From Octopus sinensis (lineage: Eukaryota), in the NCBI RefSeq assembly GCF_006345805.1, contig NC_043014.1, positions 11,098,001-11,162,000 of the forward strand: a DNA stretch of 64,000 bases, given 5' to 3'. Shown piece by piece: positions 12,166-34,233 of the stretch. Each line of letters starts with the position of its first letter. The stretch's first letter is position 1. The notes under the pieces are model-generated. The model was not told the DNA's origin. It saw only the letters and a list, made by a program, of their open reading frames with translations, and ran no database searches. Both the position numbers and the translations under genes were made by a program.

Positions 12166-12654
12166 AGGAGTAACAGTATATAGCGGTTTATTATCAAAAG
12201 ATTAATTGGACCATTCTTTTTTTATGTTACTGGGACTGGTTCTACTTGCATCGACAAGCAAGCTTTGAAAGTATGGAGTATTATTTCAAAAAAAAAAAAA
12301 CAACAAAAAGACGATAAAACGAGGTATCTCTCACTACCAATGCGATGGCCTACTTTGTTTAGATTTTGCTAGACAAACGTTTTTTGGCCAAGAGGTTCAA
12401 AAACCTCCACGTACATACACACACATACATATCGATACATATACATATACATGTATATATACATATATACATATCCATACTCACTCACATACACACACAT
12501 ATATAACCTCATTTTTGTATAATATATAATGCATTCAGATATATAGTATATTGTATTTCTCCACAAGTTATAAACTTTTGGCTGTGACATAACAGATTTT
12601 TACTCGTAGGCATACATATCCAGATATGTATGCACACACACACACACACACACA

Positions 12655-12693
<39 letters not shown>

Positions 12694-13838
12694 CACGCAC
12701 ACACAAATATATGTCAACGCTGAATGGGAGTTATTTGTTCCCTTGCTTGCAATATAACGGACACAGACAGTGTGTTGTTAACCAGCTGGAGATGTCCTCC
12801 TGGGGTTAAAGATAGTAGTAACAGAGTTCTAAACGGATCAACCACGTTGAGAGGCTAACAACCATTACTATATATATTATATATATATATATATTATATA
12901 TATGTAAGCAATGATTGTTAGCGATCAATCATGGCGAATGCCGGACAGGTGTGATCAGACAGGAGAGCTTGGAAGAAGGGGAGATAAAAAGTAGTGGTGA
13001 TCTCAAAACAAAGGTGTACGTGCTTGTGTATGTCAGAGAGTGTATGTGCGTGTGAATAGGGGCTGATGACCTTGACGTGTGCGTGTGTGCATGTGTAGGT
13101 GTGTGGATGATGGTGTAGGTGCTAGTGTGTGCGAGGGTGTGATGTGGCGTGGTGTAGTATGGTGGTGTGTGATGTGGAGGAGGCGAGGGTGGAAGGGAGA
13201 AAGTGGGTAGGAGTGAAGGGAGGATGTAGATGTCAGTGCAAGAAAGGAGAGGAGAAGTGGGTGGGTGGGAGTGAAGGGAGGTAGTAGGTGTGAGAGGAAG
13301 AGAGGAGGGTGTTAGATGAAGTGGGGAGGAGAGTTGAGCCCATGTGGAGTAAAAGAGCGAAGAGAAAAGTGCGCTCATCTCATAAGACTAGTTTGTTCCC
13401 ATGCTGGCTCGACCTTCGACTCGTTACCAACTGGCCATATTTCATATAATACGAAAGCTAGCATTAACACCAGCAAAGATCAACAATGCAAGTTCACCTT
13501 CAGATCTGAAGTCCGTAGTTTTAATGTACGTCATGTTGTAACGATAAGAGTTTCATTTCTCTTTCAAAGTATTTATTCAATCAACCATGAAAAAAGATTA
13601 CATTGACATTTCAGTATTTTTGCAACTTCAAATGCTGTTGCTCTTTTACTGCTTCGCTGACCACAGAACATTTCGGTGAGAATGAAAATAATAAGTCAAC
13701 CGATATACGTCGAGAAGCTTCTGAACTAGTAGACGTGACAAATGGCTCGGAGAATGTAATGTTTATGTTAATGCTGTATAGTTATAATTCTGACGTGTGA
13801 CCTTGAATATCAGTTATATTCAATAGATAATGTTTAGT

Positions 13839-14254
13839 AGGTGTAGGAGTGGCTATGTGGTAAGTAGCTTGCCTACTAACCACATGGTTCCGGGTTCAGT
13901 CCCACTATGGGGCACCTTGAGAAAGTGTCTTCTACTATAGCCTCGGGCCGACCAAAGACTTGTGAGTGGATTTGGTAGACGGAAACTGAAAGGAGCATGT
14001 CGTATATAAATCCTTTAAAATGTTTTAGCCCGAAGGCTTCGGCCATGCTGGGGCACCACCGCTGAATATGTATGTATGTGTGTATATGTTTGTGTGTCTG
14101 TGTTTGTTCCCTCCAACATCACTTGACAACCGATGCTGGTGTGTTTACGTCCCCGTAACTTAGCGGTTCTGCAAAAGAGCCCGATGCAATAAGTACTAGG
14201 CTTACAATGAATAAGTGCTGGGGTCGAGTTGCTCGACTAAAGGCGGTGCTCCAG
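13839..14254 (+). mobile_element. SINE family A
   Basis: Near full-length; tail missing; short internal insertion. Confidence 0.75.
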
Positions 14255-14299
14255 TAGCCTAGCATATAGAAATATCTGAAAATTCAGAAAAAATTGTAA

Positions 14300-14438
14300 T
14301 ACATGCGTATAATAGGGATAACCACTAAGTGGACATCCAATATGCTAGAAATAGATCACCTAACTAATTATATCGTAGGTGATCTTCTTCTAGCATATCG
14401 GATGTCCACTTAATGGTTATCTCTATTATACGCATGTA
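14300..14438. repeat. 139-bp imperfect hairpin (small MITE)
   Basis: Arms 14300-14362 and 14376-14438, ~5 mismatches, 13-nt loop, TA ends. Confidence 0.7.
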
Positions 14439-14451
14439 TATATATATATTT

Positions 14452-15418
14452 GATGATCCGGTTCTTGACTGAAGACTGAGGGTTTCGAATGTCCTGTCCG
14501 TGTTTATTGTATCGTCTTCTAAGAGTTATACGTTCTTGTCCATGTTGTATTTTTCTACATACCTTAACATATATTCCAGGCGCCACGTACCCTCTTAACA
14601 TTAATGTGAGCACATATTCTTAATAACTGGTACGACTCTTTGTTTGTCTCTCTCTCTCTCTCACTTTTACTTGATCTGTCCCCTTCTCTCTCTACTCATC
14701 CTCTTTTTTCTTCTCTTTCCTCTGATTCTTTGGTCTAATCTTCCACTACCCTCCTATTCTTTGTCTCGCTCTGCACTCACAGGTCGCTCTTCGACACCCA
14801 TCCCTTTCCTCTCTGATTCCTTCTTTCTCTCTCTTCTCGCTCTTTGTCGCGTTTGTCCCTCTCTCTCTCTCTCCTCTCTCTCTCTTCCGTTGCTTCTCTT
14901 TCTTTTCTTTTCTCTCTTCTCTGTACGTGACTGCTGGCCGAAATTGCCTTTCAGCTTCTGACCAGCGTCGTGTTAACATCGTTGTTTTTCGTCCGCCGCT
15001 ATAGGCATCGCCGATAAGGCTCCTTTCCTTGCGCCAGAGAAAAATTTGTTGCTTGTTATCAGTCGTAAGACACTTGTTGTTGTTTTCACCGTTAATGCTT
15101 CTGTATTTCATGTTTCTGTATTCCATTATTTTTTGTTTTTTTTATATTCGTCCCTTTTGCTGTCCTGGTGTCCGTATGCATTCGATCCTTCTTCAGGAAA
15201 TCTACGCTCCCAGCTTAGTTTTTCTAATGCTCGTTGCTTAGTTTTTCTTGGAGGGCTGGCCGTGATCTAGTAATCTCAAGATTAATCAGCCGAAATTACT
15301 ACGATGATCCGGTTCTTGACTGAAGACTGAGGGTTTCGAATGTCCTGTCCGTGTTTATTGTATCGTCTTCTAAGAGTTATACGTTCTTGTCCATGTTGTA
15401 TTTTTCTACATACCTTAA
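14452..15418. mobile_element. Element bounded by 116-bp direct repeats (pseudo-LTR-like)
   Basis: 14452-14567 and 15303-15418 look identical (period 851); (TA)n on both flanks; a related sequence lies on the minus strand at ~10000-10170. Confidence 0.55.
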
Positions 15419-15423
15419 TATAT

Positions 15424-15481
<58 letters not shown>

Positions 15482-15526
15482 TATATATATACACATTATA
15501 TATATTATATATATTTTATATTAATA

Positions 15527-15557
<31 letters not shown>

Positions 15558-15584
15558 CATATATTACAATATATATATAAATAT

Positions 15585-15619
<35 letters not shown>

Positions 15620-15899
15620 ATGCATATGTATAGTGTATATATTTATTGTGTGTGTGTTTTTTCTTCTCAAGCGATTTGGGTTTGTTTACGTCTCCCTAAC
15701 TTAGCGGCTCGGTAAAAAGTGTCCGATAGAAAAAGTACCAGGTTAGTCACTCAAGATTAGTGAAAGCCAAGGAAGAATGAAAGCTAGTATCTTTTGCTTG
15801 TGTATAGGTGTTGTTGGATGTGAGGGCAAATAGATCAGCGGTGGGTGTAGAGAAGGGAAGAGGAGCAGATACAACCGAGCACCGTTCCTTCACCAGAGA

Positions 15900-16150
15900 T
15901 AGGAGAGTGTGAGGACAAGAAGAGTTCTGTTACTGCCTGTTGCGTTGGTGTGTTCTGGTTGAGAGTTACCCATGCAAGAGGTGACAATGTAATGGAGTTC
16001 CATTGTGGAGCAGTTTCGATACGAGATGGTTGAATGCTTTGCTGATGTCGAGGAAAACATGAATTGCATTGAAAGTTGGCATAGGAGCGTAGGTTTGTAG
16101 TGGGTCTGGTTTTAGGTCTGGCTTTAAGGAAATTGTACAGGTGCTCATTA
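15900..16150 (-). mobile_element. Degenerate LINE RT fragment
   Basis: VFLDISKAFNHL motif in ORF 16148-15966; heavily broken. Confidence 0.45.
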
Positions 16151-16195
16151 AGAGTGAAGACGAAGAGAGAAGGAAAGAGAGAGAGAGAGAGAGAA

Positions 16196-16234
<39 letters not shown>

Positions 16235-16348
16235 AAGGTGTCTGAAAATGTGAACGAGATAAGGAAATTGTTGGCAAGGTCGGAGGTGTAACCTATATTC
16301 GAATTGGGACACACTATAGAGTTTTCAAAGATCAGGAGGGTAGAACTC

Positions 16349-16387
<39 letters not shown>

Positions 16388-16402
16388 TAGATAGATAGAT
16401 AG

Positions 16403-16434
<32 letters not shown>

Positions 16435-17024
16435 TTCAAGGACTTTGAGATCGTCTTAAATATCTTTGAGATATTGAAAGATTGAACGTGAACGAGATAG
16501 GGCAACAGTTGACAAGGTCAAAGCTGCTTCCTCTATTCGGAATGAGACACTATAGTGTTTCCAAAGATCAGAGTAGAACTCTTTTAGAGAGAGAAAGAGA
16601 GAAAAAGAGAGAGAGAGGGGGAGAGAGAGAGAGAAAGAGAGAGAGAGAGGGAGAGAGAGAGAAAGAGAGAGAGAGAGAGAAAGAAAGAAATTGAAAATTT
16701 TAAAAGAAAAAATACTCTCCTTTTATTTATTTTATTTTGATCAAACGACAAAATTATAATAAAAACATTTATTATAATTTATTTTTTTAATCTGTTCCAC
16801 GAACAATGTTTCTTTCAGGACATGTCAAAGATCAGAGTAAATTTCTTCAGAGAAAGAGAAATGGCTCAGTCATTCATTTACAGGTGTCTTTCCTTGTATA
16901 TACAATTCACGGTTCATTGACACATTTATGAACGTTCCAACAAGAATCAAGAATCAAAAACAATTCAGGTATTTTCGGAATAATTTGTTTCTTAAATAGA
17001 CATCTTTTCCACAGGTATTAAGTT

Positions 17025-25618
<8,594 letters not shown>

Positions 25619-26089
25619 GTATTAGACGTGATGTGCTTCATAAGCCGTCGTCTCTCTATTCCGCGAAAGGGTATGAGAATCTGTTCAGTCGTACGCGTCT
25701 GTATATTTTATCCCTTGCCTTTGAATGTTTTATATAAAGCACATCAGAATTGGCACATATAACGGGTACTAAGGGATGAATAATTAAGTCAAATCACGCA
25801 CAACTCAAAAACTTATTTATGTAAGGAATCTAACAGTACAAAGAACTGGTGACATTGCTCTTTAATTAATTAACGCGTAAGTGGCTGATCATCTCACTGA
25901 CACGCGTTGCTTTAAAGTTATTCTCAGCCACGCTCGGTATGACGCAAATTTCAGACGAAGCTGTCGCATTTGAACCATTGCTGTCTGTCAGACGCCCTTC
26001 TAAGAGTGTCTGCTAACCTAGTTTTAACCTACATTTTACCATAGTAGCGACACGAGGCTATCAAAAACACGACGTGTGTTTGTGTATGT

Positions 26090-26345
26090 AATGATATGAT
26101 GGCAATCCCTCAAGGTCGAGGATGATGGTCTTCGCGCAAATTTACTGGTGAGTCCGTAGGTGACCGATAAGACCAATTCTTGCTTGGAAAGATCGGTCGC
26201 GGTGCGGACATCTAGTGCCGGAAGGGAGAGTTGCACGTGGTTGTTGTTGGCGCTCCTTCCGTCGTCGTCTTTTCTCCTCCCGCTCTGCAGACCTTTTCGA
26301 CTCTAAAGTCGCCGTTCCCTCATGGATGGTGGTTTTCCATGTAGT
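26090..26345 (-). mobile_element. RTE-clade LINE 3' end
   Basis: Minus translation WKTTIHEG...EEKRRRRKERQ...CPHRDRSFQARIGLIGHLRTHQ-stop, the RTE/BovB-type C-terminal zinc-finger region. Confidence 0.75.
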
Positions 26346-26828
26346 ATAGAACTGGTCAATACTGAAAGCAATGCCATCTTAATTCCCTATGGAGAAATAA
26401 ACTGGAGACAGACTTATGTGTGCGGATGTGTCTAAGAGTATTTGACTCCCTTTTTTTTTTTTATCTCTGGCGACAGTGAGGGATGAAAGAATATGAAATG
26501 GGCTGAAATGGAGTGGAAGTAAGAGGTAGCGTCAGTGAAATTCTCAGAATCCAGGAGCACATCTTGCGCGCCAAGTCAACCTTGCTGTTTATGTGAGGAC
26601 TCCAGCTTAGATTATCAACAATTACTCCAAGATCTCTAGTGTTGTTGGACGAGACTAAGGAATCGCCCGAGGGAAGAGCATATAGTAATTTCAGAGTTTC
26701 CTATTTCCTAAATTGGATCAAATCAACTTTATCTTCATTTAAAAGCATAGTTTTTGTCCCGCCCATTAGACAGTAGCAAACGGATTTGACTGAAGACATG
26801 TTTGGTCTCCCATACCGTTTGTGGCCTT

Positions 26829-28952
26829 CTAGAGTTTGGAATCATCTGCAAAGATTTTCAAGGTAGAATGTTTGATGACACCTACTATGTCGTTGATGTA
26901 AATAATGAAGAGGAGTGGGCCCAATACAGTACCTTGTAGGACACCACTACTGACTTTGGCTGAGCTGGATCGTATTCCTTCAAACACAACATGTTGGGTC
27001 CCTCTGTTCGCCAGGAAACACTTTATCCACTGCAGCAACTTTCCACGGACTCCAATGTCCAACAGTTTCTTCAGCAGGATTTTGTGGTTCACTCTGTCAA
27101 ATGCCTTGCTGAAATCAAGGTATGTGAGATCAGTGTTGGAGCCCTCTCCCAACGCTTTTAAGATGTCATCAAAATGGTGCAGAGGCTGCGACAGGCAGTC
27201 CCTGCCATCACAGAAACCATGCTGGTTGGGGTTCAGCAGATTGTTGTCTTCGAGGAAATGAGCTATTCGCGATCTCACAACCCTCTCAAATACTTTAATG
27301 ATATGAGAAGTGAGTGAAATCGGACGGTAGTTCACTGCAAGAGATGTGTTTCCCTTTTTGAAGACTGGAACGACAGACTTGGAAAGAAAATGATCAGGAA
27401 TGTAACCTGCATCAAGTGAGTTTCTCCAGAGCTCAGCTAGAGGGAGTGAAATTTGATGTCGTCATATCTTCAGGACAGTGACCGGGAACTTGTCAAGACC
27501 TACTGCCGAGTTGTACGTGATCTTATCTATTTTTGTTAGGATATCAGGAGCACCAAAAGTTATGTCAGATATGGTTAGCTGAGGGCTTACATTACTGATA
27601 CTAGCCAGATCAACCACATCAGGGTTACTAAAGACAGAGCAGTATTGTCTCTGCAGTATCTCGCACATGGATTTTGCATCATCATGTAGAGTGTTGTTCG
27701 CATCAACCAGAGGACCAACAATGGAAACAGCGGCTTTATGGTTTTTTTTACAAATGAAAAGAACATTTTGGAATTGAGTTTTATTTTCTCAATGGCCCAA
27801 CTCTCCTCAGCTGCTATTTGACTGTTAATGATGGTTATCACGCTTTTTTGCAGGTCGTGTTTTTTCGATTCGAGTGCTACAATGGCAGTCGAATGGGTGC
27901 GTTGCTGCTGGCAGTATTTAAGTTGGTTGATTTTCTTAATACGTTTTATTTTCCTTATAATTGCTCTTCTATTTCTAGTGATTCTGCGCTTAGATTTGTA
28001 TACTGATCTTGATGAAGTATGTTTTGCGCATATATTTGTTACAGTATCTACAAATGTCTGCCATGATGTGTTTATGTTGGAGAGTGTGTGTGTGTGTGTG
28101 TGTGTGCGTGAAGGCCCAATCAACTTGTGAAAGATCATGATTGATCGCATCCCAGTCTGCGTTATGAAGATCCATAATGTCAAATGGATTGATTGGAGAG
28201 ATGTCACTCGATTTGATCTTTGGGTGGTAGAATCTCAAATCGCAGAGAACCATGTCATGGTCTGAGAGTAGTGGTGTTTTTTTCCACTGCAATGTTGAGG
28301 ATAGTGTCTGTGTGGTTACTGAACACTAGGTCCAAGGTGTTTTTGTGACACCTTGTTGGTTCACGAACAAGTTGGGTTAGGAAAAACTCATTCATGAAAT
28401 CAAAAATCAATTCGATTGCTTCCTTATCAGGGGTTGAGGCGGAAAAACCTGGTTTCAAGCTGTTTATGGACCAATCAACACTGGGAAGGTTGAAGTCCCC
28501 CATCATTAATATGTTGTCAGCGTTACACTGATGGACGAAACACTTAATACTGTTGAAGCATTCCTTGAAACGTAGAAAAGGAGTTATAGGTGGCCTATAG
28601 AGCCCAGCTACTATTAAATTGTTGGTTTTACTAAACACAGAAGCTGGTTCACTGTAGCTGTTAGTAAATACGTCCATTGCTTCAGCCGGAAAGAATTGTG
28701 CACGAAAATGGCGGTCCCACCCTTTCTTCTGCCGACACGATCTGCACGGGTGGCTGTAAAATTCCTCACTCTCACCTCAGCTTCCAAGTAGAGGTCATTG
28801 AAATGGATCGCTGTGAGTACGAAAACAGGGGACATGGTGTGAATGGTCATTAACCCAGTCCTCAATAAATCGGATCTTCTATTTTTGGGCATTGGTGGAA
28901 GGGCTGATGCCTTGCGCATTGAGCAAAAATGTTGAGGCGATAATGGTGACAT
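26829..28952 (-). mobile_element. Decayed CR1/L2/Jockey-group LINE ORF2 (APE endonuclease + reverse transcriptase)
   Basis: APE motifs AGLYRPP, MMGDFNLP, LDLVFSN, SDHDMV (28952-28200); RT motifs NYRPISLTS, QHGF, YLDFSKAFDRV, GVLQGTVLGPLLF, FADDSKL (27335-26829); frameshifted and truncated after FADD. Confidence 0.9.
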
Positions 28953-29801
28953 TTTTTTAGCTGTTTTGGTGATTTGCTTGTGGATGGCAGCAATGGGAAT
29001 TTGTGCGATAGGGTGGTGGTGGAGGGTGGCCTTGTGTGATGGCTAGAATGTTTTTTGTAGCTCTTTTGCCTGATTCATTATGGCTAAAAAAGAATTCTGT
29101 TTGGAGAACTGGCTATGATGGTTGTTGTTGTTGGTGTGGTGGATTAGGAATTTGGGGTGGGGAGGATAATTGGGGACTATTTTTGAGAACTGTTCCCCAC
29201 TCGCAGGTGTTTGATGCACAGAAATTCTTTTAATGGCGGTGCCCCAGCATGGCCACAGCTCGTGAGCTGAAACTAGATAAAATAAATAAGTTGTTTATAT
29301 TTGTTTCATTTTCTCCGTTTTGTGCGTTTGTGCATCCGTAGATTTCTACCACACACACACGAACACACAACATATATATATGTAATTAAAAATGTTCAAA
29401 AGGGGTATTATTCCATTCAATATCTATTAATCGTATTCTATGCCTGTTGAAAGGTATTTCCATATAAAATTTCATTAAAAAAAATCCCTAAAAGTTATGA
29501 GGGAAAAACTCGGATCTTGTGAATTTTCCGAAGTCCTCTTCCCCGCACCCGTTGATTTCCGCGCATTTTTTCTTTCTTTTACATATTCGTTTCCTACACA
29601 TTTTTTAAAAATCCATTGCACTATTTTTTTTATTTTGTTTCCGGGTAATTTGTAAACATTAATTTTGAATAACAAAAATTAAATATCAGGATTTTAGAAA
29701 TGATTCGGTGGGGCATGGCCAAAAATCAGTTGAGAACCACTTCACTCAACGCTCAGACACTTTAAGAACTTAGCATTTCATCCAAAGCGTTCAAAATATT
29801 A

Positions 29802-30583
29802 TCTCTCTATATATAAAGCTGAAGTTGTCTGTGTATGGCAGGTTTGGTAGCCTTCAACTAACACTATCTCCTCCGAGACCCTGCAGCGCAAGTTGACTAA
29901 AATTGAGAGTATGATAGAAGAAGGCTTGCTCTTCCTTCTATAGAAGAAAAAATTGAAATCGGACCATGTTAACACCAAAAATTATTTACATAAAAAAAGG
30001 TGCTTTTTTTTCTATGAAAATCCCTATTTTTTACGATTTTTTGACTGCTGTATCACCATTTTTCGGTGTATTTCAACCAGAAATGTTCACTTAAAGAGAA
30101 TAACAAGCTACATAATGCATAATTTTTACTTTTCAAAAATTCCAATTCTAAAGGGTCGAAACAAACCCGAGCAACGCCGGGCGATACTGCTAGTCTATAT
30201 ATATAAAGCTGAAGTTGTCTGTGTATGGCAGGTTTGGTAGCCTTCAACTAACACTATCTCCTCCGAGACCCTGCGGCGCAAGTTGACCAAAATTGAGAGT
30301 ATGATAGAAGAAGGCTTGCTCTTCCTGCAGTAGAAGAAAATTTTCAAATCGGACCATGTTAACACTAAAAATTATTTACATCAAAAAGGTGCTTTTTTTC
30401 TATGAAAATCCCTATTTTTTACGATTTTTTTACTGCTGTGTCGCCATTTTTCGGTGTATTTCAACCAGAAAAATGTTCACTTAAAGAGAATAACAAGCTA
30501 CATAATGCAAAATTTTTACTTTTGAAAAATTCTAATTCTAAAGGGAAGAAAAAAATCCGAGCAACGCCGGGCGATACTGCTAG
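29802..30583 (+). mobile_element. Head-to-tail dimer of the non-autonomous Helitron
   Basis: Units 29802-30193 and 30194-30583 joined CTAG|TC; inserted between A and T. Confidence 0.8.
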
Positions 30584-30689
30584 TCGATGATAATACCGAA
30601 AAAATCAATGAGGACTATCACCAAAGAACTCATATTGTCGGAGTTGATTATCAGAACTGTGGGACAGATGGACATTTGATATGAATCGT

Positions 30690-31027
30690 GATGCATAGCT
30701 CAGTGGTAAGAGTGTCGGGCTCACAATCATGAGGTAGTAAGTTCGATTCCTGGACCGGGCTATGTGTTGTGTTCTTGAGCAAGACACTTTATTTCAAGCT
30801 GCTCCAGTTTACTCAATTGTTGAAATGAGTTGCGATGTCACTGATGCCAAATTGTATCGGTCTTTGTCTTTTCCTTGGATAACACTGGTGGCATGGAGAC
30901 GGGAGACTGGTATGCATGGGCGACTGCTGGTCTTTCATAAAACAACCTTGCCTGAACTTGTGCCACAGAGGAGAACTTTCTCGGTGCAATCTCATGATCA
31001 TTCGTGACGGAAGGGGTCTCCTCCTCC
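30690..31027 (+). mobile_element. tRNA-derived SINE family C
   Basis: Matches the reverse complement of 4345-4681. Confidence 0.75.
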
Positions 31028-31897
31028 TGCTGAGGAAAAGTAAATTTATATTTGTAAAGACACAGAAAAACTGTTTGATCCGTGTCAAGCGGTTGCTCAA
31101 CAAAGGTTAAAAACCATCACGAAGATCATGGCATGCTTTGGTTCTTTTCTCATGAGAACAGCTGGGAACCTCGACCAAAATTCTAACAGAGGCAGTGATA
31201 AATGATCAAGGGCAGCTCTTCCTGATACCTGTTTCTTTATTACACACAAGGGGCTAAAGATAGAGGGGACAAACAAGGACAGACAAACGGATCAAGTCGA
31301 TTACATCGACCCCAGTGCGTAACTGGAACTTAATTTATCGACCCCGAAAGGATGAAAAGCAAAGTCGACCTCAGCAGAATTTGAACTCAGAACGTAACGC
31401 CAGACAAAATACGGCTACGGATTTCGCCCGGCGTGCTAACGTTTCTGCCAGCTCGCCACCTTCCTGATACCACTTGAGTGAAGCACACTAAGTTTCCAGC
31501 AGGTTTTAGGAATGGTGAGCAACGAAGACCATGTCATGATATCTCATATCTTTCTACTGGGTCTTCGAATTAATGCTGTTGGATACATTGAGATACTAGA
31601 GACAGTTGTTTAGCCATGGATGAATGAAGTATGCAGTGGAAGATCGTAAATGTTTCAACTATGTTGAATACCTGATAAAACCCACGTAATCCAACCATGG
31701 CAGCCAGACAATTTCTACGATTATGTAGCACCAAATTTTTGACCTTCAAATTCACCAGATTTAAATCTCATGGACTACTACGTTCAAAGTGTTGTCGATA
31801 GGGAGACTAATCAACTTGCTCGCAATACAACACCTTCATTGAAGGCCAGCATTATCCAGGGAGGTCCAAAATGAATAAGGACAATTAAGCGCAAGTA

Positions 31898-32107
31898 TTC
31901 TTTTATTCTTTTACATTGTTTCAGCTTGAGCACTACCTTTAGTCGAGCAAATCGACCCCAGGACTTATTCTTTGTAAGCCTAGTACTTATTCTATGGGTC
32001 TCTTTTGCCGAACCGCTAAGTTACGGGGACATAAACACACCAGCATCGGTTGTCAAGCGATGTTGGGGGGAAAAACACAGACGCACAAACATATACACAC
32101 ACACATA

Positions 32108-32151
<44 letters not shown>

Positions 32152-32321
32152 TATATACGACAGGCTTCTTTCAGTTTCCGTCTACTAAATCCACTCACAA
32201 GTCTTTGGTCGGCCGGACGCTATAGTAGAAGACACTTGCCCAAGGTGCCACGCAGTGGGACTGAACCCGGAACCATGTGGTTGGTAAGCAAGCAACTTAC
32301 CACACAGCCACTCCTACGCCT
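31898..32321 (-). mobile_element. SINE family A
   Basis: Near full-length copy. Confidence 0.78.
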
Positions 32322-32429
32322 ATATAGAATGTCTATGATTTCAGTATCTCATCGAAGAAGCCAACGAAGCTAAAGGCAGATTCATAGAATAATCTAAGAG
32401 AGAGAGGGAGAGAGAGAGAGAGAGAGAGA

Positions 32430-32478
<49 letters not shown>

Positions 32479-32789
32479 TTGAAAGTATATGCCCACTTTT
32501 TAAAATTAAAATACTTTAAGTTTTTGCCTGAAGTTAGAAAACATCTATTCAGAAAACCTTTAAACATTAAAGAATAACGAAAGTCTTAAAAGCCAAAAGA
32601 AATATTTTCCATTGAATTTTAATAATCAAGTAATAAAATATCAAATGGGAAATTTATTGAAGTCCTTTCTGAAGATCTTTCAGGATTGGTATATCTTTCG
32701 GAATGCACAAGAATGAAACAAATACCCCAGTCATTCACTAACAGTTATCTTTCTAGGAATATATAATTCACAATTAATTCGTTTCTTCT

Positions 32790-33155
32790 CTAGGTACAAG
32801 GCAGGAATTTTTGCGGGGAGGGAGCAAGTCGATTAGATCGACCCAGCATGCAATTGGCATTTAATTTATCGACCCCGAAAGGATGAAAGGCAAAGTCGAC
32901 CTCGGCGGAATTTGAACTCAGAACGTGACGGCAGACGAAATACCTATTTCTTTACTACCCACAAGGGGCTAAACACAGAGAGGACAAACAAGGACAGACA
33001 GACGGATTAAGTCAATTACATCGACCCCAGTGCGTTACTGGTACTTATTTAATCGAGCCCGAAAGGATAAAAGGCAAAGTCGACTTCGGCGGAATTTGAA
33101 CTCACCGCTAACCATTCCGCCTGCCGTGGTAACGTTTCTGCCAACTCGCCACCTT
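32790..33155 (-). mobile_element. SINE family B with one internal tandem duplication
   Basis: Head plus two bodies; other family B copies at ~2140-2378, ~19665-19850, ~31235-31462, ~51585-51800, ~55690-55935 (all minus). Confidence 0.75.
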
Positions 33156-33246
33156 ACAATTCACGATTAATTAACACATTTATAACTGTTCCAATTTCAA
33201 TCAAAAATGATTTTAAGAATGTTTGTTTCTTGATTAGATATCAGCA

Positions 33247-34182
33247 TTACAAAATTACTTCAGACGGCATCGCTTTCCCATCCAAACCACATTTCAAATT
33301 TTCTATCAATAAATCATGCATTTCTAAGCGAGTTTCATATGAGGCTGCTCCGCAGTGAGGGGTTATGATAACATTTGGTATGGATAACAATGGGTGTCCT
33401 CGTGGCAGGGGTTCGGGTTCGGTGACATCCAAGGCAGCACTTTGAATTTCATTTGACTGAAGAGCTTTCACAAGGGCGTCGGTGTCAACTATCTTCCCTG
33501 TGGCAAGAAAGGAGAAAAACAAAAGCGAAAATGGTAAAATAATCAATGGCTGTTGATGGAAAAATTATGTATGTATGTAGGTAGATAGGTAGGTGGGTGG
33601 GTGTGTAGGTAAGTAGGTATGCTGTGTGTTTCATGAAGTACATGACTATACTCTTCACTGTTTTACTTGTTTCAGTTATTTGACTGCGGCCATGCTGGAG
33701 CACTGCCTTTAGTTGAGCAAATCGACCCCAGGACTTATTCTTTGTAAGCCTAGTACTTATTCTATCGGTGTCTTTTTGCCGAACCGCTAAGTTACGGGGA
33801 TGTAAACACACCAGCATCGGTTGTCAAGTGATGTTGGTGGTGGGGGAACAAACACAGACACACAAAGACACACACACACACATATATATATATTATATAC
33901 ATATACATATATACGACGGGCTTCTTTCAGTTTCCGTCCACCAAATCCACTCACAAAGCTTTGGTCGGCCCGAGGCTATAGTAGAAGACACTTCCCCAAG
34001 GTGCCGTGCAGTAGGACTGAACCTGGAGCAATGTGGTTGGTAAACAAGCTACTTACCACACAGCCACTCCTGCGCCTATGTTCAAATTTATATTTTTCAT
34101 TTTAGATTTTTCGTACTTTCATATAAATAAATAAATATGTGCTGTGTGTGTACATATGAATGTTTGTATGTATTTATGTGAG

Positions 34183-34233
<51 letters not shown>

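Noticed and set aside
12990-13330. G/A- and G/T-rich low-complexity tract with a 149-aa His/Thr/Pro ORF
   Set aside because: Degenerate simple repeat; no evidence of coding or family structure.
15160-15200. CTGAAGA on minus followed by GAAT
   Set aside because: No stem II or stem I; similar chance CUGANGA hits at ~7497, ~20650, ~34700, ~44725, ~45227, ~48427, ~48520 and ~53750 also lack the rest of the fold.
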